NCBI GenBank assembly: GCA_030674455.1
Contig: JAUSGQ010000015.1
Coordinates: 5,574 to 69,573 of the forward strand
Length of the DNA stretch: 64,000 nt
Source of the DNA: a bacterium
GTDB taxonomy: Bacteria; Patescibacteriota; Minisyncoccia; Phycocordibacterales; UBA2100
Direction: 5' to 3'
Shown here: one piece after another, positions 8,809-17,903 of the stretch
How positions within the stretch are numbered: the stretch's first letter is position 1
Layout: each line of letters begins with the position of its first letter
Position numbers and translations under genes: made by a program
The notes under the pieces: generated by a model
Database searches by the model: none
What the model was told of the DNA's origin: nothing
What the model saw: the letters and a program-made list of their open reading frames with translations, nothing else

Positions 8809-11223
8809 TTAGAGCCGCTTCGCTTTCAAACGAAGCGAGTTCCCGACGACGGATACGCTTGAGAACGCCATGGCAAGCCCCGCGAACACGGGACTTAGCA
8901 GCCAGCCGAATAGTGGGAAGAATATTCCGGTCGCAAGAGGAATTCCCACGATATTGTATATGAATGCCCAGAAAAGATTCTGTTTGATGCCGCGCATCGT
9001 CAGTTTGGAAAGCCGGATGGCTTTCACCAGTTTTGAAATATCGCCGTGCAGGAGCGTGATACCCGCAGACTCAATGGCGACATCTGTTCCTGTCGCCATG
9101 GCGATGCCAACGTCGGCCTGTGCGAGGGCCGGTGCGTCGTTGACGCCGTCTCCCGCCATGGCTACTACCAGCCGCTGGCTGGAATTTTCAATTTTTAATT
9201 TCCAATTTTCAAATTTCCCAGACTGCAAATCTTTAATCAGATTAAGTTTATCTTCGGGCAGGACTTCGGCCACAACTTCGTCTATTCCCGCTTGCTCAGC
9301 AATGAATGCGGCGGTGCGTTTGTCGTCGCCCGTCAGCATGACCACTTTGATTCCGAGCGCGTGCAAATCCTTGACCGCAGCAACAGCTTCCGGTTTGATT
9401 TGGTCGGCTATCATCGCAACCGCAAGAACCGTATTTTCTGCAACAAGTATGACCGGGGTTTTTCCTTCCGATGTGTCCTTCTCAACCATGTCCCGCAACT
9501 TGGCGGTTGAACCGCCAAGTTGGTCGATACCTTTGATACTGCCGACAAAGTACTTTACGCCGCCGATACTGCCACCAATCCCCTTGCCTTTTACACTCTC
9601 AAATTCCTCAACGGGCAACAGCGTGATATTTTTCTCTTTTGCATTCGAAACAACCGCGTGCGCAATCGGATGCTCCGATTTATTTTCAAGCGAAGCAAGA
9701 ATCGCGATAATTTCCGCATCGCTTTTCCTCGATAGATTTTGCAGAGAAACCAATTCGGGCTTGCCTTTCGTAATCGTCCCGGTCTTATCCATTAAGACAA
9801 CGCTGACTTTGTGCAATTTCTCGAGAGTGGCCGCGTCTTTTACCAGTATCCCTTCACGCGCTCCCTTTCCGACTCCTACGATTATTGCTGTCGGTGTGGC
9901 GAGACCAAGTGCGCATGGGCATGCGATTACCAATATTCCCACGAACGAGACAAGACCGAATGAAAGTGCTTGAGAAAATCCGAGATATTGAGACCCGATT
10001 GCGAGCCACGCTCCCAGAGAAACGAACGCGATGACCAGTACAATGGGCACAAAAACGGCCGAAATTTTGTCCGCAAGCGCTTGTATGGGCGCGCGGCTTC
10101 CCTGCGCCTCCTCAACCATTTTCACTATGTGTGCAAGCATGGTTTCTTGGCCGACTTTCGTCGCTTTGAACGTAAATGAACCGCTCGTGTTTATTGTTCC
10201 GGCTACGACTGAATCACCGACGGCTTTTTTGACCGGCATCGGCTCGCCCGTCACCATTGATTCGTCCACGTGCGAGGAACCTTCCGTCAAAATTCCATCA
10301 ACGGGGATTTTACCCGCCGGTTTTACGACAACAATATCTCCCACGACCACTTGATCAATTGGGATTTCAATCTCTTGCCCTTCGAAGCCCTTGGGCGAAG
10401 TAGGGTCTTTTCCCTCCCGTATTACCAATGCGGTTTTTGCCTGCAAGTTCAAAAGTTTCTCTATCGCGTCCCCCGTCTTTACTTTCGCGCGGGCTTCAAG
10501 ATATTTTCCGAGAGCAATGAAAGTAATAACGATTATTGTTACGTCAAAGTACGTGGCGTCTATATTTATGAAGCGGCTTAAAGATGCTCCAAAAAACAGG
10601 ATGGCTAAACTGTATACATATGCGACGGAGGTTCCAAGTCCTATAAGCGTATCCATATTGGCCTTCCCATAGCGCAAAAAACGATAAAAACCCAAAAGGT
10701 ACGGTTTTCCAACGACAAAAAGTACGTAAGTCGCCATGAGCGGAAGCAAATAATTTATGGGAACTTTCAGCACGGATGGAATCGGGCCGACAGTGCCAAA
10801 TTGAGATAGAACATCCCACCCCAAAATGAGTGCGCTTATAATTGAGAGCGGTACAGCTGAAACTACCTTCCATTTCAAATCGGCGATTTCAGCGAGCTTT
10901 TCTTCCTTTGATTGGTTAAGCCCAAGATGAGCCGCGTGCTCATCCTCCGACATTCCCATTTCACTCGCACTGAGCGAAGTCGAAGTGTGCGCCGACATCC
11001 CCTCTCTTGCTTTCGGCTGAATGAAAGAGTATCCGAGCGGCTTTATTTTTTCCGAAAGATGATGCGGATTTGTTTTTACCTCGTCGTATGAGATTTTCGC
11101 CGCCTCGGTGCCGTAATTAACTTCCACGGATTGCACGCCTTCGACTTTCTTTAGCGTCTTTTCGATAATCGCCGCACAGCTGGCGCAATGCATGCCCCTT
11201 ATGTTAAGCGTCTTATTGATCAT
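8809..11223 (-). CDS. copA: Cu(I)-translocating P1B-type ATPase
   Basis: [37 protein letters not shown] and MAFSS motifs. Confidence 0.96.
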   Translation of the reverse strand: MINKTLNIRGMHCASCAAIIEKTLKKVEGVQSVEVNYGTEAAKISYDEVKTNPHHLSEKIKPLGYSFIQPKAREGMSAHTSTSLSASEMGMSEDEHAAHLGLNQSKEEKLAEIADLKWKVVSAVPLSIISALILGWDVLSQFGTVGPIPSVLKVPINYLLPLMATYVLFVVGKPYLLGFYRFLRYGKANMDTLIGLGTSVAYVYSLAILFFGASLSRFINIDATYFDVTIIVITFIALGKYLEARAKVKTGDAIEKLLNLQAKTALVIREGKDPTSPKGFEGQEIEIPIDQVVVGDIVVVKPAGKIPVDGILTEGSSHVDESMVTGEPMPVKKAVGDSVVAGTINTSGSFTFKATKVGQETMLAHIVKMVEEAQGSRAPIQALADKISAVFVPIVLVIAFVSLGAWLAIGSQYLGFSQALSFGLVSFVGILVIACPCALGLATPTAIIVGVGKGAREGILVKDAATLEKLHKVSVVLMDKTGTITKGKPELVSLQNLSRKSDAEIIAILASLENKSEHPIAHAVVSNAKEKNITLLPVEEFESVKGKGIGGSIGGVKYFVGSIKGIDQLGGSTAKLRDMVEKDTSEGKTPVILVAENTVLAVAMIADQIKPEAVAAVKDLHALGIKVVMLTGDDKRTAAFIAEQAGIDEVVAEVLPEDKLNLIKDLQSGKFENWKLKIENSSQRLVVAMAGDGVNDAPALAQADVGIAMATGTDVAIESAGITLLHGDISKLVKAIRLSKLTMRGIKQNLFWAFIYNIVGIPLATGIFFPLFGWLLSPVFAGLAMAFSSVSVVGNSLRLKAKRL

Positions 11224-11361
11224 AAAATTGAAGCGCAACCTGCCCCGTAGCTCCGCTGGAGGCGGATGGTACCGGGGTGCATTCCCCGGAGTTTGAAAGT
11301 ATTTGATTTCATGACTTGCATTTAGTATTTTTGCTGGAACCTGTAACCTGACACCTGACAC

Positions 11362-11616
11362 CTATTTCCTCTTGAGCTTATAAACATTGATAATTTCTCC
11401 GACCGCCTTTTTCGCGCTGCCGTTTTTTATCTGCTTCACCAAGCAGGTTGATAAGTGGTCCTGCAGTATCAAGTCTTCCACATTTGACAATCCCTGCTTT
11501 ACCGCTGAACTCTGCGTGATGACATCGATACAATACGCATCTTTTTCTATCATCTCGCGAAGTCCTCTCACCTGGCCCTCGATTATATTCAATCGCCGCA
11601 CAGTGTCCGTTTTCAT
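11362..11616 (-). CDS. csoR: CsoR/RcnR-family metal-sensing repressor
   Basis: RLNIIEGQVRG..YCIDVITQ..HLSTC signature. Confidence 0.9.
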   Translation of the reverse strand: MKTDTVRRLNIIEGQVRGLREMIEKDAYCIDVITQSSAVKQGLSNVEDLILQDHLSTCLVKQIKNGSAKKAVGEIINVYKLKRK

Positions 11617-11622
11617 ACTTGG

Positions 11623-11862
11623 TTATGCGTGAATATCCTTTTTCATGCTTTCAAACTGTTCCCTCGTAATCTCGCCCTTCGCATAGCGAGTCTTTAGGAT
11701 GTCGAGAGCCGACTCACGCGAAGTACCATTGCCGGTATTGGTGTTGCGCACAAGCCAAACGATGCCCGCGATGACGAGAGCCCAGAACGCGAGCATTCCG
11801 ATAAAACCCAAGAAATGAAACGGAAAGAATCCGCCATCGTAATTTCCGTAGTAGTACATCAT
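11623..11862 (-). CDS. SHOCT-domain small membrane protein
   Basis: TM helix + ALDILKTRYAKGEITREQFE. Confidence 0.85.
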   Translation of the reverse strand: MMYYYGNYDGGFFPFHFLGFIGMLAFWALVIAGIVWLVRNTNTGNGTSRESALDILKTRYAKGEITREQFESMKKDIHA

Positions 11863-11938
11863 AGAGATAGGTAGCAGGTTATAGGTTACAGGTAGTAGTT
11901 AGTAGAGGATGCGAAACTAATGTGCCAATAATAGCGCT

Positions 11939-11966
11939 AGTATACCCCCCAGGGGGTATCTGTCAA
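11939..11966 (-). promoter_or_regulatory. Sigma70 promoter overlapped by a CsoR-type operator
   Basis: TTGACA-16nt-TATACT on minus strand; spacer is the palindrome ATACCCCC-CA-GGGGGTAT (11942-11959), matching G/C-tract CsoR operators. Confidence 0.85.
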
Positions 11967-11993
11967 TGTGGATGTGGAAAACTCGCAACCCCC

Positions 11994-14471
11994 CTACATA
12001 ACCCCAATCGGCGCCGGCGGGGTTGGCATATCCCCGCCCATGCTGTTTTCCGCGCGAGGAGTGCCTGAAATCGTATTGCCTGACGCGTCTGTTTCAGCGG
12101 AAGCCGCCGTACTTATGCCTCTATGCCAATTGTCCGCGGTCGCATCACCCGGATTCGAATCGCGCTCCATGGTCATCGGATTAATTAAATCAGGGGCGAA
12201 AATAGCGCCAGAGACTCCGGAACACCAGCCCCCGCACAGGGAAACTGCGGGCGTGCCGTCAACTGTGGTCGTCGCGCTTCCGCTTCCCCACTCCAGCCGC
12301 AACTCTTCGCCGTCGTTTGAAAGTTCATCAAAGGCAAGGATAATATTTCCAGCGACACTTGTCGCTTCTTCACGCCGCTCAATAAGATAATATCCGCCTT
12401 GCGTAATCGCGCCGGAGAGCTGTATGTATGATGGAGACCCATCCGCGGAAACAAGCGCAAAGCGCGAAAGCGCAAGCGCGTACAGCGAGTTGTTTTTTAA
12501 TTCTATCCATTCATCGCTCGCTTCTGCTTGCGTTCCCGCCCACGCAATTTCATTGATTATTAACGGCTGTGTCGCGACGTAGACATCCACGGGGGTAGAG
12601 GTCGCGGCATTTCCCGCCGCGTTGTACGCACCAACAGAGAGAGTGGTTGAAGCGTTCGCGGCCAAGGAGAGCGCGACATTCGTTCCTGATGTAGTCGCCA
12701 CGGTCGCGCCGTTCACCGCGTACGCGTAATACTCTGTGCCTGCGACAGGCGACCAAGCGAGTGTCGCGCTGGTGGTTGGTATGAGACAAAACAGCGTTGA
12801 TAGAGACGCCGAGCATTCAGAAACAAACGCGGAGGGCGCCGTGCCAACGATAACCGTACGCGTAATCGCATCGGATGTGTTTCCCGCGCCATCGGCCGCG
12901 ACCACGCCGATTGAAATTGTCCCTTCCGGCAACGAGAGAGCTATGGACCAATCGCCGCCCGAATCGGCAACGGTTGCCACTGTTCCGCCCGCGTATGAAG
13001 CGACTACCGAGTAGCCGGAATTCGTCGTGCCGGAAAACGTAACTGGTGATGTCGCGAAAAACGCCCCTTCGAGGGGCGCTTGGACAGCGAGTGGAACGGA
13101 AACGGATACCGGCGCCGCGACCGGACTTGGAGCCGCGCCTCCCCCGCCTCCCCCGAAGCCGGGAGAAACACCGATGAGCGGCAACCCCGACCCCAGCGGA
13201 ACAATCATTTTCGGCTGGCTCGGTGAAGGCGCGGGCGGTGGCGAAACTGGCGGAGGCGGTGGCGGTGGCGGTGGCGAAGCCGGAGCTTTGGGCGTTATTG
13301 GAGCAACGACTGCGACTGTTTTTGGAGTTGGCGGCGCGGGGGCAACAGTGGGCGCGGGTTTAGCAGGGGCCGGCGCCGGAGGCGGCGAAGACATCTTGAG
13401 TAATGCGGGAGAGATCGCGGCGACTTGGCTCGCCGCGCCTGCTTTGCCGGCGGCCGAAGTCGCGGTTGCGAACACTTTTCTTATTTGGGCGGCCGCGTAT
13501 GCCGCGGCCGCGGCCGCTTTCTGCGCCGCGACTACGACTGCATTTGTTACAACATTAGCCGTATAAACGATTGCTTTTCCTGTAATAATTATTCCGGTAC
13601 CGAGGGCGCGGCCAGTCGCGGAAGCCGCTCCATCAATCGCGTTTACAACAGCAACGTCGGCGGTTTTTATCGCTTGCGCGACAGGGTCAGCGATAGCAAA
13701 CACGACAGCTTTCGTTTTGTGCGCGATAGTCTTAGGAGGCGGATTAAAGCATCCCTCGGAAACAGTGGAAGCGCTGGTTTTTAAGTTTCCGAGCGCGCGT
13801 GAAATGTCGGCGACGATTCTATCGGGTTCACCGGCAAGATAACTGCTACTAAAATGATGTCCGCCAGCTTTTTCGCTTATTTCATTTGGTGGAAGAGGAA
13901 TGGTTATGTTCGCTGGAAGCGGCGCCGGTGCGCCTGCCTTAGCCATCCATGGGCGAATTCCGTTAATCACTCTGTCGTTCGTAGAAGTGAGATACGCGCC
14001 TCCGCCTTCTACGCGGTCGGCCGGAGTAGCAAGATTGTATACGGCCAGCGATTCTACCGGCACTCCGTTATTGAGAAAATACTGATAGAGCGCATTGGTG
14101 TAGAAAGTCCCCTGCGAATGTCCGAGAAGAAGTATTTTGCGAGTGGAAACCTGCGGATGAATTTGCATCAAGATGGTATCGCGGTCAAAATCCGAGATTG
14201 AATTGCCGAAAGCTTGAGCTATTGATTGAAGCGTATCTCCAAAACCGCCGATGTGGGGTGGATTGTAGCCGTTAATAAATTGAACATCAGTTTCTTTACC
14301 TTTCTTTTCAAACTGTTTTGTGAGCGCATAAGTATCTTTATCAGCATCTTCTTTATTGGTCCAGATACCATTTACATACACAACCGTTGTTCCATTCGGC
14401 TCGCAAACAGCAAAAACATATGACGGAGTCAAAACAACAAGAAATACAAGAGTTAATGTCACTTTCTTCAC
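11994..14471 (-). CDS. Large exported protein: alpha/beta-hydrolase-like N-domain, Ala/Pro-rich stalk, Ig/FN3-like domains, lamin-tail-like domain
   Basis: Signal peptide, GHSQG nucleophile-elbow motif, poly-Pro linker, IINEIAWAG..DEWIELKN. Confidence 0.8.
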   Translation of the reverse strand: MKKVTLTLVFLVVLTPSYVFAVCEPNGTTVVYVNGIWTNKEDADKDTYALTKQFEKKGKETDVQFINGYNPPHIGGFGDTLQSIAQAFGNSISDFDRDTILMQIHPQVSTRKILLLGHSQGTFYTNALYQYFLNNGVPVESLAVYNLATPADRVEGGGAYLTSTNDRVINGIRPWMAKAGAPAPLPANITIPLPPNEISEKAGGHHFSSSYLAGEPDRIVADISRALGNLKTSASTVSEGCFNPPPKTIAHKTKAVVFAIADPVAQAIKTADVAVVNAIDGAASATGRALGTGIIITGKAIVYTANVVTNAVVVAAQKAAAAAAYAAAQIRKVFATATSAAGKAGAASQVAAISPALLKMSSPPPAPAPAKPAPTVAPAPPTPKTVAVVAPITPKAPASPPPPPPPPPVSPPPAPSPSQPKMIVPLGSGLPLIGVSPGFGGGGGGAAPSPVAAPVSVSVPLAVQAPLEGAFFATSPVTFSGTTNSGYSVVASYAGGTVATVADSGGDWSIALSLPEGTISIGVVAADGAGNTSDAITRTVIVGTAPSAFVSECSASLSTLFCLIPTTSATLAWSPVAGTEYYAYAVNGATVATTSGTNVALSLAANASTTLSVGAYNAAGNAATSTPVDVYVATQPLIINEIAWAGTQAEASDEWIELKNNSLYALALSRFALVSADGSPSYIQLSGAITQGGYYLIERREEATSVAGNIILAFDELSNDGEELRLEWGSGSATTTVDGTPAVSLCGGWCSGVSGAIFAPDLINPMTMERDSNPGDATADNWHRGISTAASAETDASGNTISGTPRAENSMGGDMPTPPAPIGVM

Positions 14472-14478
14472 ACCAATA

Positions 14479-15108
14479 TTACGTCCCTACGTCACAATCT
14501 TGTCCTGACAGAACCTTGAAAGACGTCCGGTACGCATCGAGGTTGGAATATTTCTGTTTTCGGTCCTTCGTGTTCCTAACCAAATCTTCCACCTCCGTTA
14601 CTTTTTTAGAATAATCCGTATTTCCATCCAAGGCATCAAACACACAACCAAAACCTTGTCCCCTCTTTTGTGCAACAGCTACCCAAGTCTCCGAATTAAA
14701 CACCTGCGTTAATTCCATCTGCAACGCCTTAGCATACTGCAACTCGGCGGCGCGGATTTTTGCCTCGTTAGGATATTTCTTAAAAATCGCAAGTTCGACA
14801 TCGTCGCGGATGCCGTTTCCGTTTGCGTCTATTCCCTCAACAGTCGCGTCAACTTGCGCGGGGTCGGGCGGCGGCGGGAGATTCTCGCCCATTACGTCTG
14901 CGAGCGTGAGTTTTTGCGCGTGAATTTGCGCGACTACTTCTTGTGTTTTTTCTTGCTCCAATACAAAAGGAAGGCGATAAATAAGCAGGGCGACAAAAAG
15001 CCAGAACGGCACGGCAATAACCCAAAACCACCACTTGCGATAAATGGAGCGGCGGGCTACCGAAATCAAGGGTTCCCCCTGATTCTCTTCATTCCCAGGG
15101 CTGCTCAT
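14479..15108 (-). CDS. Membrane-anchored protein with DANGNGIRDDVE (EF-hand-like) motif
   Basis: TM helix, PPPPDP, DxNxNG loop, two Cys; 7 nt upstream of the hydrolase gene. Confidence 0.75.
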   Translation of the reverse strand: MSSPGNEENQGEPLISVARRSIYRKWWFWVIAVPFWLFVALLIYRLPFVLEQEKTQEVVAQIHAQKLTLADVMGENLPPPPDPAQVDATVEGIDANGNGIRDDVELAIFKKYPNEAKIRAAELQYAKALQMELTQVFNSETWVAVAQKRGQGFGCVFDALDGNTDYSKKVTEVEDLVRNTKDRKQKYSNLDAYRTSFKVLSGQDCDVGT

Positions 15109-15173
15109 ATTTGAGATTGTAGCACCGTCTCTTTTCTTAACCTCATCACTATCCACAACCCTAGAAAAAACAA

Positions 15174-15211
15174 ACATCCCTATCTTGCGCGGTAGCGTAA
15201 GATAGGGATGT
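15174..15211. repeat. 38-bp palindrome, left flank of PaaX/Cas2-like gene 1
   Basis: ACATCCCTATCTTGCGC-GGTA-GCGTAAGATAGGGATGT; contains a -10-like TAAGAT and overlaps the GTG start. Confidence 0.92.
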
Positions 15212-15791
15212 GGGACAGATTGAGGAGAAATCCCGAAAACGCCGAAAGAAGGAGAACATTCAGCAGGCAGTTCTTGCCGCGATAGGAATCGCGGGCATTC
15301 TTGCCGTGACTATGATTGCGCCAAATATCTTTCAGGCGGTTCCCGGTCTCATGGGAAGAAAGCGATACAAACTGGCCTTTCAAGCTCGCACTGCCTCTTC
15401 TCGTCTCGCCATAAAGGGCTACGTGCGATTCATTTTGAAAAATGGAAAGAAATGGATTGAGATTACTGATGCTGGAAGACGCGCTCTGTTGCTCGAGCAT
15501 GAAAAAGCGCGACTCGATGTCATACAGGGCAAACGGTGGGACAAGCGTTACAGACTGGTCATGTTTGACATCCCGCAGAAACGCAAAAACACGAGGGACA
15601 GTGTAAGACGGTTGTTGCGCGAGTGCGGGTTCCTTCGATTGCAGGACAGCGTGTGGGTATTTCCCTACGACTGCGAGGAGTTGATTGTTCTAATTAAGTC
15701 GGATATGCGGCTCGGCAAGGATTTACTGTATGTCATTGTTGATTCGATAGAGAACGACGGTTGGATAAAAAAACACTTCGGCTTGGGATGA
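15210..15791 (+). CDS. Stand-alone PaaX-like protein (wHTH + Cas2-like ferredoxin-fold domain), paralog 1
   Basis: ITDAG..WDKRYRLVMFDIP..GFLRLQDSVW pattern. Confidence 0.8.
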   Translation: MGQIEEKSRKRRKKENIQQAVLAAIGIAGILAVTMIAPNIFQAVPGLMGRKRYKLAFQARTASSRLAIKGYVRFILKNGKKWIEITDAGRRALLLEHEKARLDVIQGKRWDKRYRLVMFDIPQKRKNTRDSVRRLLRECGFLRLQDSVWVFPYDCEELIVLIKSDMRLGKDLLYVIVDSIENDGWIKKHFGLG

Positions 15792-15865
15792 TGCGAGAGA
15801 TAGAAATGCGATTGATTCATTTTTGCCCTTTAGCTTTCGATGTCCATTGCATTTCACATTTCCCA

Positions 15866-15903
15866 ACATCCCTATCTCGCGCTACCGCGCAAGATAGGGA
15901 TGT
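15866..15903. repeat. 38-bp palindrome, right flank of PaaX/Cas2-like gene 1
   Basis: 36/38 identical to the reverse complement of 15174-15211. Confidence 0.92.
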
Positions 15904-15958
15904 TTGAATGGTTGAGCGTGTAAAACTGTAAAATCGCGAATTACAGAGTCCGAGGGCG

Positions 15959-16183
15959 CTACTCCGCTACAGATAACATCTTTGACGGGGCGTGATGCCC
16001 GCTTATTATTCGCACTTTTTTCGCTGGGACGCCGAGCTTCTCCGCTATTATTTTTATTACTCTAGCGTTCGCGGAATTTCTTTCCGCTTTTTCTTTTACC
16101 GCAATCTTAAAAACATCTCTCGAAATAAGTTCAATGCTCTCCTTTTTCTGCCCCGTTTTCACCCGCGCCTTTATGTACACCAT
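15959..16183 (-). CDS. DUF167/YggU-family protein
   Basis: VKEKAERNSANARV..IISGHHAPSK pattern. Confidence 0.8.
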   Translation of the reverse strand: MVYIKARVKTGQKKESIELISRDVFKIAVKEKAERNSANARVIKIIAEKLGVPAKKVRIISGHHAPSKMLSVAE

Positions 16184-16396
16184 GTGAGATACGGCATCAT
16201 ATACCCATGCTAAGAATACCGAAAATATCGAACTCCTCCGCCCAGATTTTCATCCCTAAATTATATCAACAATTTCTTTGAGCCGCCTCCGCAGACATCT
16301 GGGAAACTCTCGGTTTTCCCAATCCTTCCGACACGAGGAACTCCCGTTCCCCGACCCCCTCCCAGTCTGGGAGTCGTCTCTTACGCTTCGCCTTAG

Positions 16397-16469
16397 AGCC
16401 GCCTCCCAGACTCGAACTGGGGACCTTCACTTTACAAAAGTGTTGCTCTACCAACTGAGCTAAGGCGGC
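16397..16469 (-). tRNA. tRNA-Thr (anticodon UGU), CCA not encoded
   Basis: Cloverleaf: GCCGCCT/AGGCGGC acceptor, GCTC/GAGC D-arm, TTTGTAA anticodon loop, CCCAG-TTCGAGT-CTGGG T-arm. Confidence 0.95.
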
Positions 16470-16498
16470 TTATCTAATATCTAAAGAACAATCTTTTA

Positions 16499-16636
16499 CT
16501 ACCAAAGCCGACGCTTCGGTCGGCTCCCCGACCCCACAGGGCGTCGGAGCTGAGCTAAGGCGGCATTCACCATCTTACTGAGTCCCGACGTTTCAGTCGG
16601 GATCCCGACCGCTTTACGCGTCGGGACTAAGGCGGC
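16499..16636 (-). repeat. Two duplicated tRNA-Thr 5' fragments, each interrupted by a 44-nt double-hairpin insert
   Basis: CTACCAA|CTGAGCTAAGGCGGC and ACTGAG|CTAAGGCGGC match tRNA 16448-16469; inserts at 16506-16549 and 16583-16626. Confidence 0.8.
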
Positions 16637-16645
16637 GTGAGACTA

Positions 16646-17068
16646 CTATAATCTTTCCGCGCCGTTCTGACCACTGTTCGCGCCAGAATCCTTGCCATTG
16701 CGTAATGGATGCTCGCTCACCTGCTTCAAGAATTCCGAGTGTGTTTCCTTCTTTTCGAAATTGTGTTTGTGGGAAACGAGGTCTGCCAAACGATGTGCCT
16801 GCGTTTCAAGGTATCGCGCGAATCGCGCCGCCTCGAGCGCGCCCCAGTGTATAGCCATGCGGGACAAAAGCAAAAGAATGCCGGGGAGTTTTGATAGCTC
16901 TTCCCTTTTTTCCAGAATGCGCTCCTTAAGTTCTATTGCTTTTTCGTCTGCTATTTTGCGTAAGTTGGGAGAAAGCACCTTTTGACTGCGTTCCTCAAAC
17001 TGCTTCACGACGAACAGGCCGACGATTCCGAGCAGTGACAGAAAAAAGATTACGGATGCGAAAAGCAT
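16646..17068 (-). CDS. Hypothetical membrane-anchored protein
   Basis: N-terminal TM helix; the longer start in the ORF track lies inside repeat D1. Confidence 0.7.
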   Translation of the reverse strand: MLFASVIFFLSLLGIVGLFVVKQFEERSQKVLSPNLRKIADEKAIELKERILEKREELSKLPGILLLLSRMAIHWGALEAARFARYLETQAHRLADLVSHKHNFEKKETHSEFLKQVSEHPLRNGKDSGANSGQNGAERL

Positions 17069-17071
17069 AAA

Positions 17072-17207
17072 GTGCCAATCAACGAATGAATTCCAATCTA
17101 CAAATAACTGCGAATAAAATACGCTCACCGTCTACAGGTGCCGACCAATGACCGGTCGGCCATTTGTAGCCATTTGTAGTATTCGGATGATTTGTATATT
17201 GGGACAT
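17072..17207 (-). repeat. Intergenic element family D, copy 1 (carries nested family B)
   Basis: CCAAT(C/A)TACAAAT ... ATT(T/C)GT(A/T)GATTGG terminal inverted repeats with ~9-nt periodic arms. Confidence 0.9.
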
Positions 17208-17210
17208 AGG

Positions 17211-17795
17211 TTATTTCACTGAAAGACGTTCGAATCTGACTACTTCTATCTTCTCGCCGAATTTCTGAATGGCTGAATCTATGAGCCCGCGAATCGTTAT
17301 CGTCGGGTCTTTTACATACGACTGTTCCAGAAGTATGCGTTCTTTGAGGTAGCTCTCGATCTTGCCCTCAACCGCGCGCACTCGCACCGCCTCGGGAAGA
17401 CTCTCGGCTTCTTTTTCAAACACTTCCAGAGCCGCCCGCTTGTCTGCATCTTTCACGTCCGCGCGCGACCTGAACTGCGGGTTCATCGCTGCGACATGCA
17501 TCGCGATTCCGTATGCCAATTTCGCAAATTCCTCGTTCTTCGCGACGAAGTCGGTCTCGCACGCGAGAACGACCGCTCCGACGACGCTTCCGCCGGCATG
17601 CGTGTAGGCGCTCGCGACCCCAGCGCCGAGCGCGCGGCCGGATTTCTTCGACGCTATCGAGGAACTCTGTTTGCGAAGAATTACTTTCGCCTTCTCCATG
17701 TCGCCACCAGCCTCCTGCAGAGCTTTCTTGCACTGCATGACTGAAACGCCGGTCTCATCTCGTAAAGATTTAATGAGTTCAGTAGTTATTTCCAT
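17211..17795 (-). CDS. tsf: Elongation factor Ts (short type)
   Basis: IKSLRDETGVSVMQCKKAL, ACETDFVA. Confidence 0.96.
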   Translation of the reverse strand: MEITTELIKSLRDETGVSVMQCKKALQEAGGDMEKAKVILRKQSSSIASKKSGRALGAGVASAYTHAGGSVVGAVVLACETDFVAKNEEFAKLAYGIAMHVAAMNPQFRSRADVKDADKRAALEVFEKEAESLPEAVRVRAVEGKIESYLKERILLEQSYVKDPTITIRGLIDSAIQKFGEKIEVVRFERLSVK

Positions 17796-17800
17796 AAGAT

Positions 17801-17903
17801 GTTCCAATCTACAAATACATTCCAATCTACAAATTACCACGAATATGACGTGGTGTTATTTGTGGATATTTGTAGCATTCGCATCATTCGCAGATTGGGA
17901 CTT
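17801..17903 (-). repeat. Family D copy 2, overlapping the rpsB 3' end
   Basis: Same arms; supplies the RpsB tail KSQSANDANATNIHK* and its stop. Confidence 0.9.

Noticed and set aside
8870-9973. Long antisense ORFs (also 7334-8137, 19345-20184, 25328-26014 and others)
   Set aside because: They lie opposite well-supported genes and have no motifs of their own.
13130-13540. GC-rich GGCGGT/GCCGCG repeats
   Set aside because: Explained by the Pro/Ala/Gly-rich linker of the surface protein.
15210-15791. CRISPR-Cas locus suggested by the Cas2-like motifs (also 58173-58748)
   Set aside because: No cas1 or effector genes and no repeat-spacer array anywhere in the window; both proteins have an N-terminal wHTH as in PaaX.
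16266-16463. Short ORFs on both strands
   Set aside because: They overlap tRNA-Thr and adjacent hairpins.
17069-17128. Shared N-terminus MSVFYSQLFVDWNSFVDWH on ORFs 16646-17128 and 36902-37531, and similar extensions on tsf, sufU, ilvE and trpF
   Set aside because: These are translations of repeat D; the likely starts are the ATGs just after the element.
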